In this document: positions 1 to 8,986 of the stretch, piece by piece | How the letters are laid out: the number at the start of each line of letters is the position of its first letter | How positions within the stretch are numbered: position 1 is the first letter of the stretch | From: Candidatus Harpocratesius repetitus | Lineage (GTDB): Archaea > Asgardarchaeota > Lokiarchaeia > Sigyniarchaeales > Promethearchaeaceae | DNA length: 32,000 bases | Assembly (NCBI GenBank): GCA_021498095.1 | Contig: JAIZWK010000001.1 | Coordinates: forward strand, 1,320,001 to 1,352,000 | Reading direction: 5' to 3' | Position numbers and translations under genes: made by a program | Notes under the pieces: generated by a model | What the model saw: the letters and a program-made list of their open reading frames with translations, nothing else | Told to the model about the DNA's origin: nothing | The model's database searches: none

Positions 1-150
1 CTGCAATTTCAACCCCGGTTGTTTACGATTTGCTCTGATATTATTAATTACTAGCGGTTTTTGAAGACAGCATGCCAAACCGGCTGCAACTCGTAATATG
101 GATCCACCACCTTCACCAATTGATCCATCCAATTCTATCGTTTTAATCAT
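1..150 (-). CDS. rtcA: RNA 3'-terminal phosphate cyclase, N-terminal 50 codons (runs off window edge)
   Basis: Manual translation of the minus strand from ATG at 150 gives [50 protein letters not shown]. This carries the RtcA N-terminal signature DGSxGEGGG...IRxxRxxPGL. Not in the ORF track. Confidence 0.9.
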   Translation of the reverse strand, partial: MIKTIELDGSIGEGGGSILRVAAGLACCLQKPLVINNIRANRKQPGLKLQ

Positions 151-303
151 AAAAAATCTTCTACGAATTTTGTTAATAAAACATTTTTTTAAAAAGAATC
201 ATCTTAATAGGAACAATAACAATTTCACAGACAATTTTGATTTACAAGTTATATTATTATTTCTCGAAAAAATAAACTAATTTTAAAAATATCTTAAAAA
301 AAT

Positions 304-798
304 TTAGAAGTTTTCGATCTCTTCTAACAAAAATTCCAAAGTTCGTTTTACTGTTTGTTGTTTAATCTGTAATCGTGAACCATGAAATTGAGCTTCTTCA
401 ATTTTGTCGCAAGTTGGAGTTCCTAAACCAATATACATTAGACCTCGGGGTTTTCCATCCATTGTATAAGATCCTGCAACACCAGTAATAGCAATTCGAA
501 GATCAGTGCTAATTTGCTTTTTAAGACCATCTAATAATGCTTTTGTTGTCTCAGATGAAATTGCACCATAATCATTTATAATATCAAAATCTACTTGAAA
601 AATTGAATTTTTTACATATGCAGAATAGGCAACTACTCCCCCAACAAAAACTTTTGAACTGCCATCAACACTGGTTAAGATATGGCTTAAATATCCTCCA
701 GTTGCAGATTCTGCTACTGCTAAAGTCATGTGTTTCGAAGTTAATTCAGAAATTACTATTTTTACCAATTCTACAAGCTCATCGGTAAGATCCAGCAT
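304..798 (-). CDS. CinA C-terminal domain / NMN deamidase (PncC)-family protein
   Basis: LAVAESATGG, FVGGVVAYS, GAISSET and IAITGVAG match the CinA-C/PncC motifs (AESxTGG, G(A)VS, xTGxAG). Confidence 0.85.
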   Translation of the reverse strand: MLDLTDELVELVKIVISELTSKHMTLAVAESATGGYLSHILTSVDGSSKVFVGGVVAYSAYVKNSIFQVDFDIINDYGAISSETTKALLDGLKKQISTDLRIAITGVAGSYTMDGKPRGLMYIGLGTPTCDKIEEAQFHGSRLQIKQQTVKRTLEFLLEEIENF

Positions 799-1000
799 AT
801 TAATTACATAACTGAATGTAAGAATTAAAGTTTTTTTTCATTTTTTTCAACAATTTTAATGTATAATAATTGCTATTATATTCCCTAAGCATTGCTAGGA
901 ATTTATTATAAAATATGATTGAATAAATGATTTTACCAACAAACAATAGTCAAAATTCTAAAAAGAACTAATAAAAAAGAAATAAATCAAAAAATCAGAA

Positions 1001-2287
1001 TTATGGAAATATTCCACGTAATTTTGTTGCTTCTACAACTTTTTGAATTGCTAATATATGTGCAGCTGTCCGCATATCACATATTTTATTCAATGAATGA
1101 TATTTAGATAACACTTCATTGAATGCTTGAACCATAACTCTTTCAAGTTTTCTATTTACTTCAGTTTCTGACCAAGAAAAACGCTCAAGTCCCTGGACCC
1201 ATTCCAAATAACTAACTGTCACTCCTCCGGCATTACAAAGTATGTCTGGAATTAGAAAAACTCCTTCACTAAATAATATCTTATCTGCTTCAGGAGTTGT
1301 TGGCCCATTTGCACCTTCAGCAATTATTTTTGCTGAAATATTGTGTGCATTGTCTTCTGTAATTTGATTTTCAATCGCACACGGTGCTAATATATCAACA
1401 TTTAATTCTAATATATCTTTATTTGATATTGGACTTGAATTTGGGAAATCAACAACTTTTTTATTATTTTTTACATATTCGATTAATTTTGGGATATCTA
1501 TACCAGAATCATTACGAATACCTCCCCACATATCTGAAATTGCGACAATTTTTGCTCCATTTTCATACATTATTCGAGCAAAATTTGAACCTACATTACC
1601 AAAGCCTTGAATTGCAACAGTGCAATTCTTTAAAGACATTTTCTTATATTTGAGTGCCTCTAAGACAGAAAAATATACACCTCTTCCTGTTGCTTCAAGT
1701 CTTCCTCGAGAACCTCCTAATTGTATGGGTTTTCCAGTTACTACCTCTGGAATTGAATATCCCTTTATCATACTATATGTATCCATTATTTTTGCCATTG
1801 TGTCAGGATTTGTATTTACATCTGGTGCTGGAATGTCTCTTTCTGGACCAATCATATTTAGTATTGCATAGGTGAATCTTCGGGTAAGTCTACAAAGTTC
1901 CTTCTCACTCATTTTAGATGGATCACAACATACTCCTCCTTTGGCACCCCCAAATGGTAATCCTACGACAGCTGTTTTCCATGTCATCCACATTGATAGT
2001 GCCATAACTTCTTCAAGACTAACATATGGAGAGTACCTTATGCCCCCTTTGCTTGGTCCTCTTGCATCATTATGATGAACTCGATATCCTGTAAATACTT
2101 TGATTGAACCATCGTCCATATTTACTGGAAAATTTACAGTTAAAACTCTAGCTGGTTTTTTAAGAATCTCAAAGTAATCTTTTTCAAGATTCATAATTTT
2201 TGCTGCTTTTTTTAGCTGGGAAACAGCTACTTCGTAAGGTGAAATTAAATGTTGTTTTCTATGGTTGTTTGACATTATATTTTTCAT
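1001..2287 (-). CDS. gdhA: NAD(P)-dependent glutamate dehydrogenase
   Basis: Complete GDH motif set: GPSKGGIRY, MTWK, GGAKGG, PAPDVNT, VVTGKP, GRLEATGRG, GFGNVG, EGANGP, NAGGVTVSYLEW. Confidence 0.95.
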   Translation of the reverse strand: MKNIMSNNHRKQHLISPYEVAVSQLKKAAKIMNLEKDYFEILKKPARVLTVNFPVNMDDGSIKVFTGYRVHHNDARGPSKGGIRYSPYVSLEEVMALSMWMTWKTAVVGLPFGGAKGGVCCDPSKMSEKELCRLTRRFTYAILNMIGPERDIPAPDVNTNPDTMAKIMDTYSMIKGYSIPEVVTGKPIQLGGSRGRLEATGRGVYFSVLEALKYKKMSLKNCTVAIQGFGNVGSNFARIMYENGAKIVAISDMWGGIRNDSGIDIPKLIEYVKNNKKVVDFPNSSPISNKDILELNVDILAPCAIENQITEDNAHNISAKIIAEGANGPTTPEADKILFSEGVFLIPDILCNAGGVTVSYLEWVQGLERFSWSETEVNRKLERVMVQAFNEVLSKYHSLNKICDMRTAAHILAIQKVVEATKLRGIFP

Positions 2288-2298
2288 CCATTTTGTTT

Positions 2299-3099
2299 TT
2301 AGAAAAAAGATTTGATCAAATCCAGAATAACACTTAAATCTGAATTTAACTCATTAATAGAGAGATAATTATATTCATACTTCCATCCATTTTCGAAACA
2401 GAATCCTTTTTTTCCATATTTTAAGAAATTAGTCAAAAATGAAGGAATTATATGAAGTGAATATGATTGATTCGTCCATTTGGGCAAGTAAGCTTGAACA
2501 TTTGTCATTATTTTGGAAACTTGATATAGATTACTTGAATTAAATGAGTTAATATACCATTCTGGTGAAATACAATCTTCTAAAGGACCTTCAAAATATT
2601 CAAGATCAATAATTCTTGCGATCTTGTTTTCCCAAATTAATAGAACCCTTACAAATTGAGCTTCACGTTCATTAGAGTAGTCACCTATTACTTTAAGTGC
2701 TAGAGCGAAACATGGGATATCACTTGGAATTTGAGTTGAGTTCCAATTTTTTATTAAAGATTTATACAGATTAATTAATTCTGAGGAATTTTTTTTTATA
2801 TAGAATCTAGGTAATCTAATTAACCGTTGGTTAATCCATTGATTTTTCACATAGTTGTTTTTTTCAGGTGAAGAATTAAGTGTGGGAGAATGATTATTAG
2901 AACGACTTGAAAGATCAATTCTTGTTTGATTTTTTGGTAATTCAATATATATTTTCTGATATGAATGGATAGGAAATTCTCCATTTTCTGCCCCAATAAG
3001 CATAATTTCTACGGACTTTTCTAAATAATTGAAATCTACAATATTTCTTAATGTACCCCAAATTAAGGCAAGATGATGTGCAGAGATTTGTTCGGCCAT
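2299..3099 (-). CDS. Hypothetical protein in the dehydrogenase operon; weak resemblance to a TldD/PmbA C-terminal domain
   Basis: 266-aa ORF tightly packed between the two dehydrogenase genes (gaps of 11 and 25 bp). The family call is a visual resemblance only. Confidence 0.65.
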   Translation of the reverse strand: MAEQISAHHLALIWGTLRNIVDFNYLEKSVEIMLIGAENGEFPIHSYQKIYIELPKNQTRIDLSSRSNNHSPTLNSSPEKNNYVKNQWINQRLIRLPRFYIKKNSSELINLYKSLIKNWNSTQIPSDIPCFALALKVIGDYSNEREAQFVRVLLIWENKIARIIDLEYFEGPLEDCISPEWYINSFNSSNLYQVSKIMTNVQAYLPKWTNQSYSLHIIPSFLTNFLKYGKKGFCFENGWKYEYNYLSINELNSDLSVILDLIKSFF

Positions 3100-3124
3100 T
3101 TATTTTTCTCCAATTTTTTAAAAA

Positions 3125-4318
3125 CTAATTTAGTGTGTTTAAAATTCTTTCTTGGGCGATATTTTGAGCAATATCTCTTGGAATTAGATCATATTCTAAA
3201 GAACGTTTCAAGATCATATTAGAATTTTTTCGAATTGTTCGTTCAATTAAAGAAATAGTTTCAAATGGATCCAGCTTTTTATATTCTGCAAAAGAGCTAA
3301 TTACACTTCCCGCATTTACTAAAATATCTGGTAAAACCATTGTTTCTTGTTCAAAAAGTCTTTTTTCTGCTTTGGAAGTGATTGCATTATTTGCACATTC
3401 AAGGATTAACTTAGTTTCAAGTTGAAACCAATTTTTTTCATTTATTGCATAAGCATTAGCACACGGAATAAATATATCACATTTAATTTTGTAAATATCT
3501 TCTCTTTCAAGCATTTTACCATATTTATAATTCATTAAAGACGATTCTTTTGATTGTGCATTTGCATATTGTCGGATCTTCTTAATATCAATTCCATTGG
3601 GATTATATATTGTTCCCCATAGATCATTAATCGCAATGATCTTTGCACCTCTCTTTTGAAGAAATTTACTAATTGTAAAACCTATTTTTCCAAATCCTTG
3701 TATAACCACTGTAGTTTCTGATAGATCTTTTGGTAAATGATAATTTTCATGGAGAATTCTTAAAGCTGATTCTAAAGCAGTACCCATTCCAAAGCCTACA
3801 GCTGCATATTTATTTGGAAATCCTCCATTTATTTTCGGTTTTCCTGTTGCTCCTTGTAAATCACCAATGCTATCTACAAAAGCCTTCATTTCAGATTCTC
3901 CTACATTTAAATCTGGGCTAGCAATATAGCTATTTGGGACAAAAGGAGCGATTTTTTTTGCAAATATTTTGATTTGTTTTAATTTATTAATTTGGTAAGG
4001 ATCTGCTCGAATTGCTGCTTTTGCTCCACCAAAAGGTACTTCTGCTAAGGCACATTTCCAAGTCATTGCTCTCGCAAGCTTAAATACTTCGAATGGAGTA
4101 ATCGTTGGGGATATAACTAGTCCTCCGATTCCTGGGCCTTGTATCGTATTATCAATTACCAAAATACCTTGCAATTGAGTTTCAGGATCATAGACATGGA
4201 GGACTTCTTCTGGGCCCCATTTATCTGAAAAGGCAGATATATTGACTTTTTCTAAAATATCTAAAAGTGTTTTTGAATTAATCATCAGATTATTTGTTTG
4301 ACTAATAGATCGTGTCAT
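3125..4318 (-). CDS. Glu/Leu/Phe/Val dehydrogenase family protein, divergent paralog
   Basis: MTWK, GGAKA, ASPD, TGKP, GFGKIG, ECANN and PDILVNAG are present. GPSKGG is replaced by GPGIGG and GRxEATG by NKYAAVG. Confidence 0.9.
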   Translation of the reverse strand: MTRSISQTNNLMINSKTLLDILEKVNISAFSDKWGPEEVLHVYDPETQLQGILVIDNTIQGPGIGGLVISPTITPFEVFKLARAMTWKCALAEVPFGGAKAAIRADPYQINKLKQIKIFAKKIAPFVPNSYIASPDLNVGESEMKAFVDSIGDLQGATGKPKINGGFPNKYAAVGFGMGTALESALRILHENYHLPKDLSETTVVIQGFGKIGFTISKFLQKRGAKIIAINDLWGTIYNPNGIDIKKIRQYANAQSKESSLMNYKYGKMLEREDIYKIKCDIFIPCANAYAINEKNWFQLETKLILECANNAITSKAEKRLFEQETMVLPDILVNAGSVISSFAEYKKLDPFETISLIERTIRKNSNMILKRSLEYDLIPRDIAQNIAQERILNTLN

Positions 4319-4490
4319 CTAAGTATAATCATTGATTCAGATCATATAAACAATGTGCATAATTTCAATCAAAAAATATCAAATGCATCAATTTTTGGAT
4401 GATATTATATGACATGAAATATTAATTATGATAATTATATATATAAGAATATATCCACATTATCATATATATCAATTAATTTTTAATTAA

Positions 4491-5579
4491 GTGTCACAAA
4501 AAATGCATAATTATTTAGACCATTCCTTAGATGTTAATTTGCTAAAGAATATTTGTACCGGAGTTGGGGTTGAAATAAATATAAGTTTTCTTGCAGAGAA
4601 GTTTCATAAGCATAGAAATACCATAAAATCAAAAATTGACAATTTAATCAGAAATAAGGTTATTGAAAGACCATTATTCCCATTTAATGCTCTTCTTAAA
4701 GAATTTTCTCTTTTAGTTATCGAAAAAATTGATTTGCCTCGAGATCCTAAAACCAACAAATGGATTGAAGAAGATCCTCAGATTTGGGCTGCATATTTCG
4801 TAAAAGAAGAAGAATACAATACTTTATTAATTGAACTTCATCGTGATTTTTACAACTATCAAATCTGGAAAGAAAAGATTTTTGAAGATGAATTGATCAC
4901 TCTTGATAATGAACAAGTACATTACTATTATCCTATTTTTTCAAGTACAAATAGTATTCTTAAAAATAAACCTGAAGAGTCTCTAAAGATAATAAAAAGG
5001 AATTTTTGTAATGATGTAAATCTCCGTCTTGGAGATCAAAAAATTGATTCTTTAACTCTTGATATTTTAAAATTACTTTTGAATGGAAAAGGTATACGCA
5101 CAAACGAAAACCACTTATCTAAGGTTCTAAATGTCCATAGAAAAACAATTCAAAGAAGAATCGAATTATATTTAAAAGATAATATTATTGGAAATCCACG
5201 ATGCATCTTTCCAAGAATATGGTCTCCTCTTAGTTATTTTACTGTTCTTGCGTTATTGCAAATCAAACGATGTAAACAAAGAACCAGAGTAATTCAAAGC
5301 CTTATCAGAGATCCACACGTTACATTTATAACTAAAATAAATACAAGAAATTATGATTTTGCTATGTTAAGCAATTTTCACACTATTGCTTCTCATCTTG
5401 AATGGTTTGAATCATTTAACATTCGATTTCAAAATTGTATTGGAGCAATAAAGAATACATATATATCCCCTTCTATGGCATTTTCTATTGATTATAACTA
5501 TGTAACTCGTCTGTTTCTAGAAAAGCAACTTCAGAAAATTAAAGGGAAAGAACTTATTGAATCTATGAACTTTCCGTAA
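4491..5579 (+). CDS. Lrp/AsnC-like transcriptional regulator with two tandem wHTH + effector modules
   Basis: Two homologous HTH segments: INISFLAEKFHKHRNTIKSKIDNLIRNKVIERP and TNENHLSKVLNVHRKTIQRRIELYLKDNIIGNP. Each is followed by a ~100-aa alpha/beta region. Divergent from the dehydrogenase operon. The start may be the GTG at 4491 or the ATG at 4503. Confidence 0.7.
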   Translation: MSQKMHNYLDHSLDVNLLKNICTGVGVEINISFLAEKFHKHRNTIKSKIDNLIRNKVIERPLFPFNALLKEFSLLVIEKIDLPRDPKTNKWIEEDPQIWAAYFVKEEEYNTLLIELHRDFYNYQIWKEKIFEDELITLDNEQVHYYYPIFSSTNSILKNKPEESLKIIKRNFCNDVNLRLGDQKIDSLTLDILKLLLNGKGIRTNENHLSKVLNVHRKTIQRRIELYLKDNIIGNPRCIFPRIWSPLSYFTVLALLQIKRCKQRTRVIQSLIRDPHVTFITKINTRNYDFAMLSNFHTIASHLEWFESFNIRFQNCIGAIKNTYISPSMAFSIDYNYVTRLFLEKQLQKIKGKELIESMNFP

Positions 5580-5619
5580 GATGAAAGCGAATAAATGTTA
5601 AAAATCTGATGTTAAGTGT

Positions 5620-6906
5620 CTATTTCCTCATAAAAGAAAATCTTTTTGAAAAAATCTTAATGTTTGATTTAATATAGTTTTCTACTGCTGTAGGAACAAG
5701 ATTGGAAATTTGTTCTCCATTTTTAATACAATTTCGAATGAATGTTCCATTAAATTGTTCAAATTCATATTTCTGAAGCGGTGCAACTGCTTTTCCATGC
5801 TTTTGGAATAATTGGCGCGTCCAAGCACTGTTTGAAAAGAAAATATCAAAATTGCCCACAATATCAAAAACTGTCTGCACCCATAAATCAGCGTTATGTT
5901 TGTCAGGAATTGGAAAAACTTGAATATTTTGAGATGGAATATCTGCTTCTTCCAATGCTGCTTGAATCATTTGCAAGCGCTCATGATATGTAAATGGGTT
6001 TTGTGGGGTGGAGTGATATTGAGAAGATCCTATTCCAATTTTTAAGATTTTTACTTGAGTCAAAGCATTTTTGATAACCTGTAAATGTCCTAAATGGAAT
6101 GGTTGAAAACGACCGACAAATAAACCTATTTTATTGGTTGTATTTAATAATTTTATTGATTGATCTCTTCTATCTTTAGTTAATTGTTGATTTTTTTCTT
6201 TTTTTAGATCTATCTGTATTTTTTTTTTCTGAAATTGATTTTGTGCTTCAGATTCTCTTTGATATTCGCGCTGCAATGAATAAAAAATATTTTCATGTAT
6301 CATTTTCTGCCAATAGTATCTACAAATAGAATCAATTGGATGTTGATTGAAAAATTGTTCCGCCTCTTTAATTGGAATTATCTTAGCGGTTAGGTTTGTA
6401 ATCTTACTTGATTTTGAACTTAAATTAGAATTAAATTGCGTTAAATTTTCTTTAAGTAATGCAATAAAAGAATACACCGCTGCAACAACTCCATATTTAT
6501 CTTGTTCAATGTGGAAATCATATAAACGCCCATAAATTTTAGATGATTTTAAGCATTCGGAAAAATTCTGCCAAGCATCAGCTGCGATATTTTCAAATGA
6601 GATTGTTGGACTATATATTACATATCCATGAGCAGAATCTGTCATAATTGTCTGTTTTAAGCCTTCTTGCATGCTATTTTGAGAAATATTTGGAATGATA
6701 TATAAACTACCTTTAGTAGACCAAGCAAAAATTCTAAAATAAAGATGAGCGATATGATTATCTCTAATATCATTTAATGTTTTTCCAAAAACAAAGGAAG
6801 ATAATTTCCCCGTATGAAATTTTGGTAGATCTTTAGGATTAAAGCAAGCAAATAGCTTCTTTCTTTTGCAAGGTGGCTTTTGGCTAAAATTGGGGGATAA
6901 ATTCAT
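5620..6906 (-). CDS. nadM: NMN adenylyltransferase (archaeal NadM type) fused to an N-terminal domain of ~200 aa and a charged linker
   Basis: The C-terminal ~170 aa have GLFVGRFQPFHLGH, IGIGSSQ, NPFTYHER and NGTFIR. The start is placed at ATG 6906 because GGAGG lies at 6919-6915 on the minus strand (the ORF track gives 6921). Confidence 0.85.
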   Translation of the reverse strand: MNLSPNFSQKPPCKRKKLFACFNPKDLPKFHTGKLSSFVFGKTLNDIRDNHIAHLYFRIFAWSTKGSLYIIPNISQNSMQEGLKQTIMTDSAHGYVIYSPTISFENIAADAWQNFSECLKSSKIYGRLYDFHIEQDKYGVVAAVYSFIALLKENLTQFNSNLSSKSSKITNLTAKIIPIKEAEQFFNQHPIDSICRYYWQKMIHENIFYSLQREYQRESEAQNQFQKKKIQIDLKKEKNQQLTKDRRDQSIKLLNTTNKIGLFVGRFQPFHLGHLQVIKNALTQVKILKIGIGSSQYHSTPQNPFTYHERLQMIQAALEEADIPSQNIQVFPIPDKHNADLWVQTVFDIVGNFDIFFSNSAWTRQLFQKHGKAVAPLQKYEFEQFNGTFIRNCIKNGEQISNLVPTAVENYIKSNIKIFSKRFSFMRK

Positions 6907-7885
6907 TAAATAATCCTCCAAGTAATTCTATTTTTATTTCATCATCCAATTTTATTCCCAATTTTGCTTGAGCAGATGCTTGATTAATTGCAATTTCCAT
7001 AAATCCACTTGAACCTTCAACCAGTAATAGTTGATCTGGTGAATGATCTGCAAAAATCTGAGAAACTTCCATCTGGTATTCTTTATTTTTGAAATGAAGG
7101 TGGACAAAAGGTGCTGTGCGCTTTAATTGTGTAAAAAACCATGCACTTGGTATATTAGTAATTAAATTTCCGAATCCGTCGCAGTACTGAACTTTTCCCG
7201 TGATAAAACGACCATCTTTACTTAATTTTGGTTCTAAATCCTCTATTAGAATAATTTCTTCTTGAATACTTCCCACGCTGAATAATTCCAATCCTCCTGC
7301 CAAGTGCGCTGCAACAGGCATCATAATATCACGTCCATGAAATGTTCCTGCCCACAATTCTCTTTCCTGCTTCTTACTTAAGTCTACGTTAGGAACCACA
7401 GTAGATTCACCCATTTGTATACACTCGATATTTACTGCTTCTGGAACTTGCACTTCATTTTCTATATCTTTTACACTTTCTAAATGATTTCTCCGTTCTT
7501 TTATCATTTCTGCAAATGGAGGATAGAAGAATTCTTCTTCTTCAATTTTCAATATTACAGCAATTAGATTATGTGATTGAAAATAAGAAAAAATTCCATT
7601 ATCAGGTCCAATTAGAATGTAATCATCGATGGTTTGAATTGCCAAAAGATTTCTGCTTGATCCTACTCCAGGATCAACCACATTGACAAATATTGTTCCT
7701 TTAGGGAAAGTATCATAAACCGTACGCAAGACATAAGCAGCTTCACGAATAGAAAAAGGAGTGATTGCATGAGTAATGTCGATGATTTTTACATCTGGAT
7801 TTATTTGAAGCGCAATTCCTTTCATTTCTGCCACATAATGGGATCCGCGCGTTCCAAAATCTGTAATTAACCCGATTCTTTTCAT
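6884..7885 (-). CDS. SAM hydroxide adenosyltransferase (SAM-dependent chlorinase/fluorinase family, DUF62)
   Basis: LITDFG, YVAEMKG, VVDPGVGSSR, GPDNG, TFHGRDI, DGFGNLITN and GSSGFMEIAIN. Overlaps the nadM start. Confidence 0.92.
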   Translation of the reverse strand: MKRIGLITDFGTRGSHYVAEMKGIALQINPDVKIIDITHAITPFSIREAAYVLRTVYDTFPKGTIFVNVVDPGVGSSRNLLAIQTIDDYILIGPDNGIFSYFQSHNLIAVILKIEEEEFFYPPFAEMIKERRNHLESVKDIENEVQVPEAVNIECIQMGESTVVPNVDLSKKQERELWAGTFHGRDIMMPVAAHLAGGLELFSVGSIQEEIILIEDLEPKLSKDGRFITGKVQYCDGFGNLITNIPSAWFFTQLKRTAPFVHLHFKNKEYQMEVSQIFADHSPDQLLLVEGSSGFMEIAINQASAQAKLGIKLDDEIKIELLGGLFNEFIPQF

Positions 7886-8011
7886 TATCTTCCTCGTTTT
7901 TATTATTCATTTAATATTTATTTTTTTTAGAAAGAAAGATTGGGATTTCTGAAAGAAAAGTTGAAATCACAAAAATAATAAGTAATTTTAAAAAGTAAAT
8001 AGAATCTAGAA

Positions 8012-8884
8012 TCATGATGAAAATTGTCTATCCACATTAACATATTCTGCCAAAGCGCGAGCTTTTAATGCATATTCTTCAGCTCGACGTGCGTCCATTA
8101 ATTCTTCTGAAACTTCTGCTGCTTTCATAAAATTAATTTGTGCCTTTTTAAAATTATCCGTTCTAAGTCCTTTCATTGCTTTTTCTACCAATTCTTCTCG
8201 CTTTTTTAATAGAGCAGGGATTCTTTTTACAAAAGCTATTTTACTGGAATACATTTTGACCAATTCATCTTCATTCAGCTCTTTTGCATAGTTTTTGGCA
8301 TTTTCATATTCCTTTTGTGCTTTTTCAAAATCTTTTCGCTTTAAAGCATTTTCTGCTAAATCATGTGCTCGATAAAGTTTTTTAGGTATTTTCTTAATTT
8401 TATCCAACAATTTTGCTGCTTCATCAAATTTTCCTTGTCTATTTAATTCTTTAATCCTATTTGATAATCGTGCTTCAACTTCTTGCTTATCTAATATCAA
8501 TTCGGGTTGATCAAAGTATTTTGAAAATGCTTCTTGCATTAAGGGCTTGAGTACATCTTCATCTTCACTATATTTATCAACAAATTGTTCCATGCACATC
8601 TTTAAAGCTTCGCGATGAATTGCAGTATCTTCCTCTTTTCCAATTATGACCCCCGTAATCAATTGAATGGTAATACGCTTTTCACGGACTTCCTTCTTAT
8701 ATGAGTAAAATTGATAGTTTGGTAAAATTGTGAGCACAAATTGCTTATCTGAGTGTCCCATGCGAATTTTCAACAATTCATTATCATTTAAATATATATA
8801 TGGTGTATTCGGGGCGTTATACACGATCTTCTTACGTATCTTTGCATTTTGATCGACCACTAAAAAGAAAGCACCTAAAGTCAT
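8012..8884 (-). CDS. Hypothetical protein: N-terminal longin-like alpha/beta domain plus C-terminal helical (MIT/TPR-like) repeats
   Basis: The N-terminal ~125 aa show a beta-beta-alpha-beta-beta-beta-alpha-alpha pattern. The C-terminus has two A-x(3)-F-x(2)-A-x(3)-[YF]-x(2)-A...EL repeats. Domain calls are by eye. Confidence 0.6.
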   Translation of the reverse strand: MTLGAFFLVVDQNAKIRKKIVYNAPNTPYIYLNDNELLKIRMGHSDKQFVLTILPNYQFYSYKKEVREKRITIQLITGVIIGKEEDTAIHREALKMCMEQFVDKYSEDEDVLKPLMQEAFSKYFDQPELILDKQEVEARLSNRIKELNRQGKFDEAAKLLDKIKKIPKKLYRAHDLAENALKRKDFEKAQKEYENAKNYAKELNEDELVKMYSSKIAFVKRIPALLKKREELVEKAMKGLRTDNFKKAQINFMKAAEVSEELMDARRAEEYALKARALAEYVNVDRQFSS

Positions 8885-8986
8885 GATTTCTATTCAACTC
8901 ATGATAAGAATGGAATATGCCCTTAAAAAATATTCGTGAAAAAATCTTAATCACTCTTGAAAAAGGATGAAAAAAAATAAGTTTGA

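Noticed and set aside
98-280. Plus-strand 60-aa ORF
   Set aside because: Antisense to the rtcA start and running through AT-rich intergenic DNA, with no motif.
603-2075. Short plus-strand ORFs inside pncC and gdhA; likewise those inside the genes at 3730, 5682-6535, 9264-9880, 10635-11189, 15035, 15984-18516, 20000-20538, 22580-24342, 26869, 27856-29025 and 30011-30778
   Set aside because: Shadow or off-frame ORFs within well-supported genes.
5620-7885. DUF62-nadM linkage as a novel operon
   Set aside because: As I recall, this adjacency also occurs in other archaea such as Thermococcales. Only the extra domain and the insertion are reported as findings.
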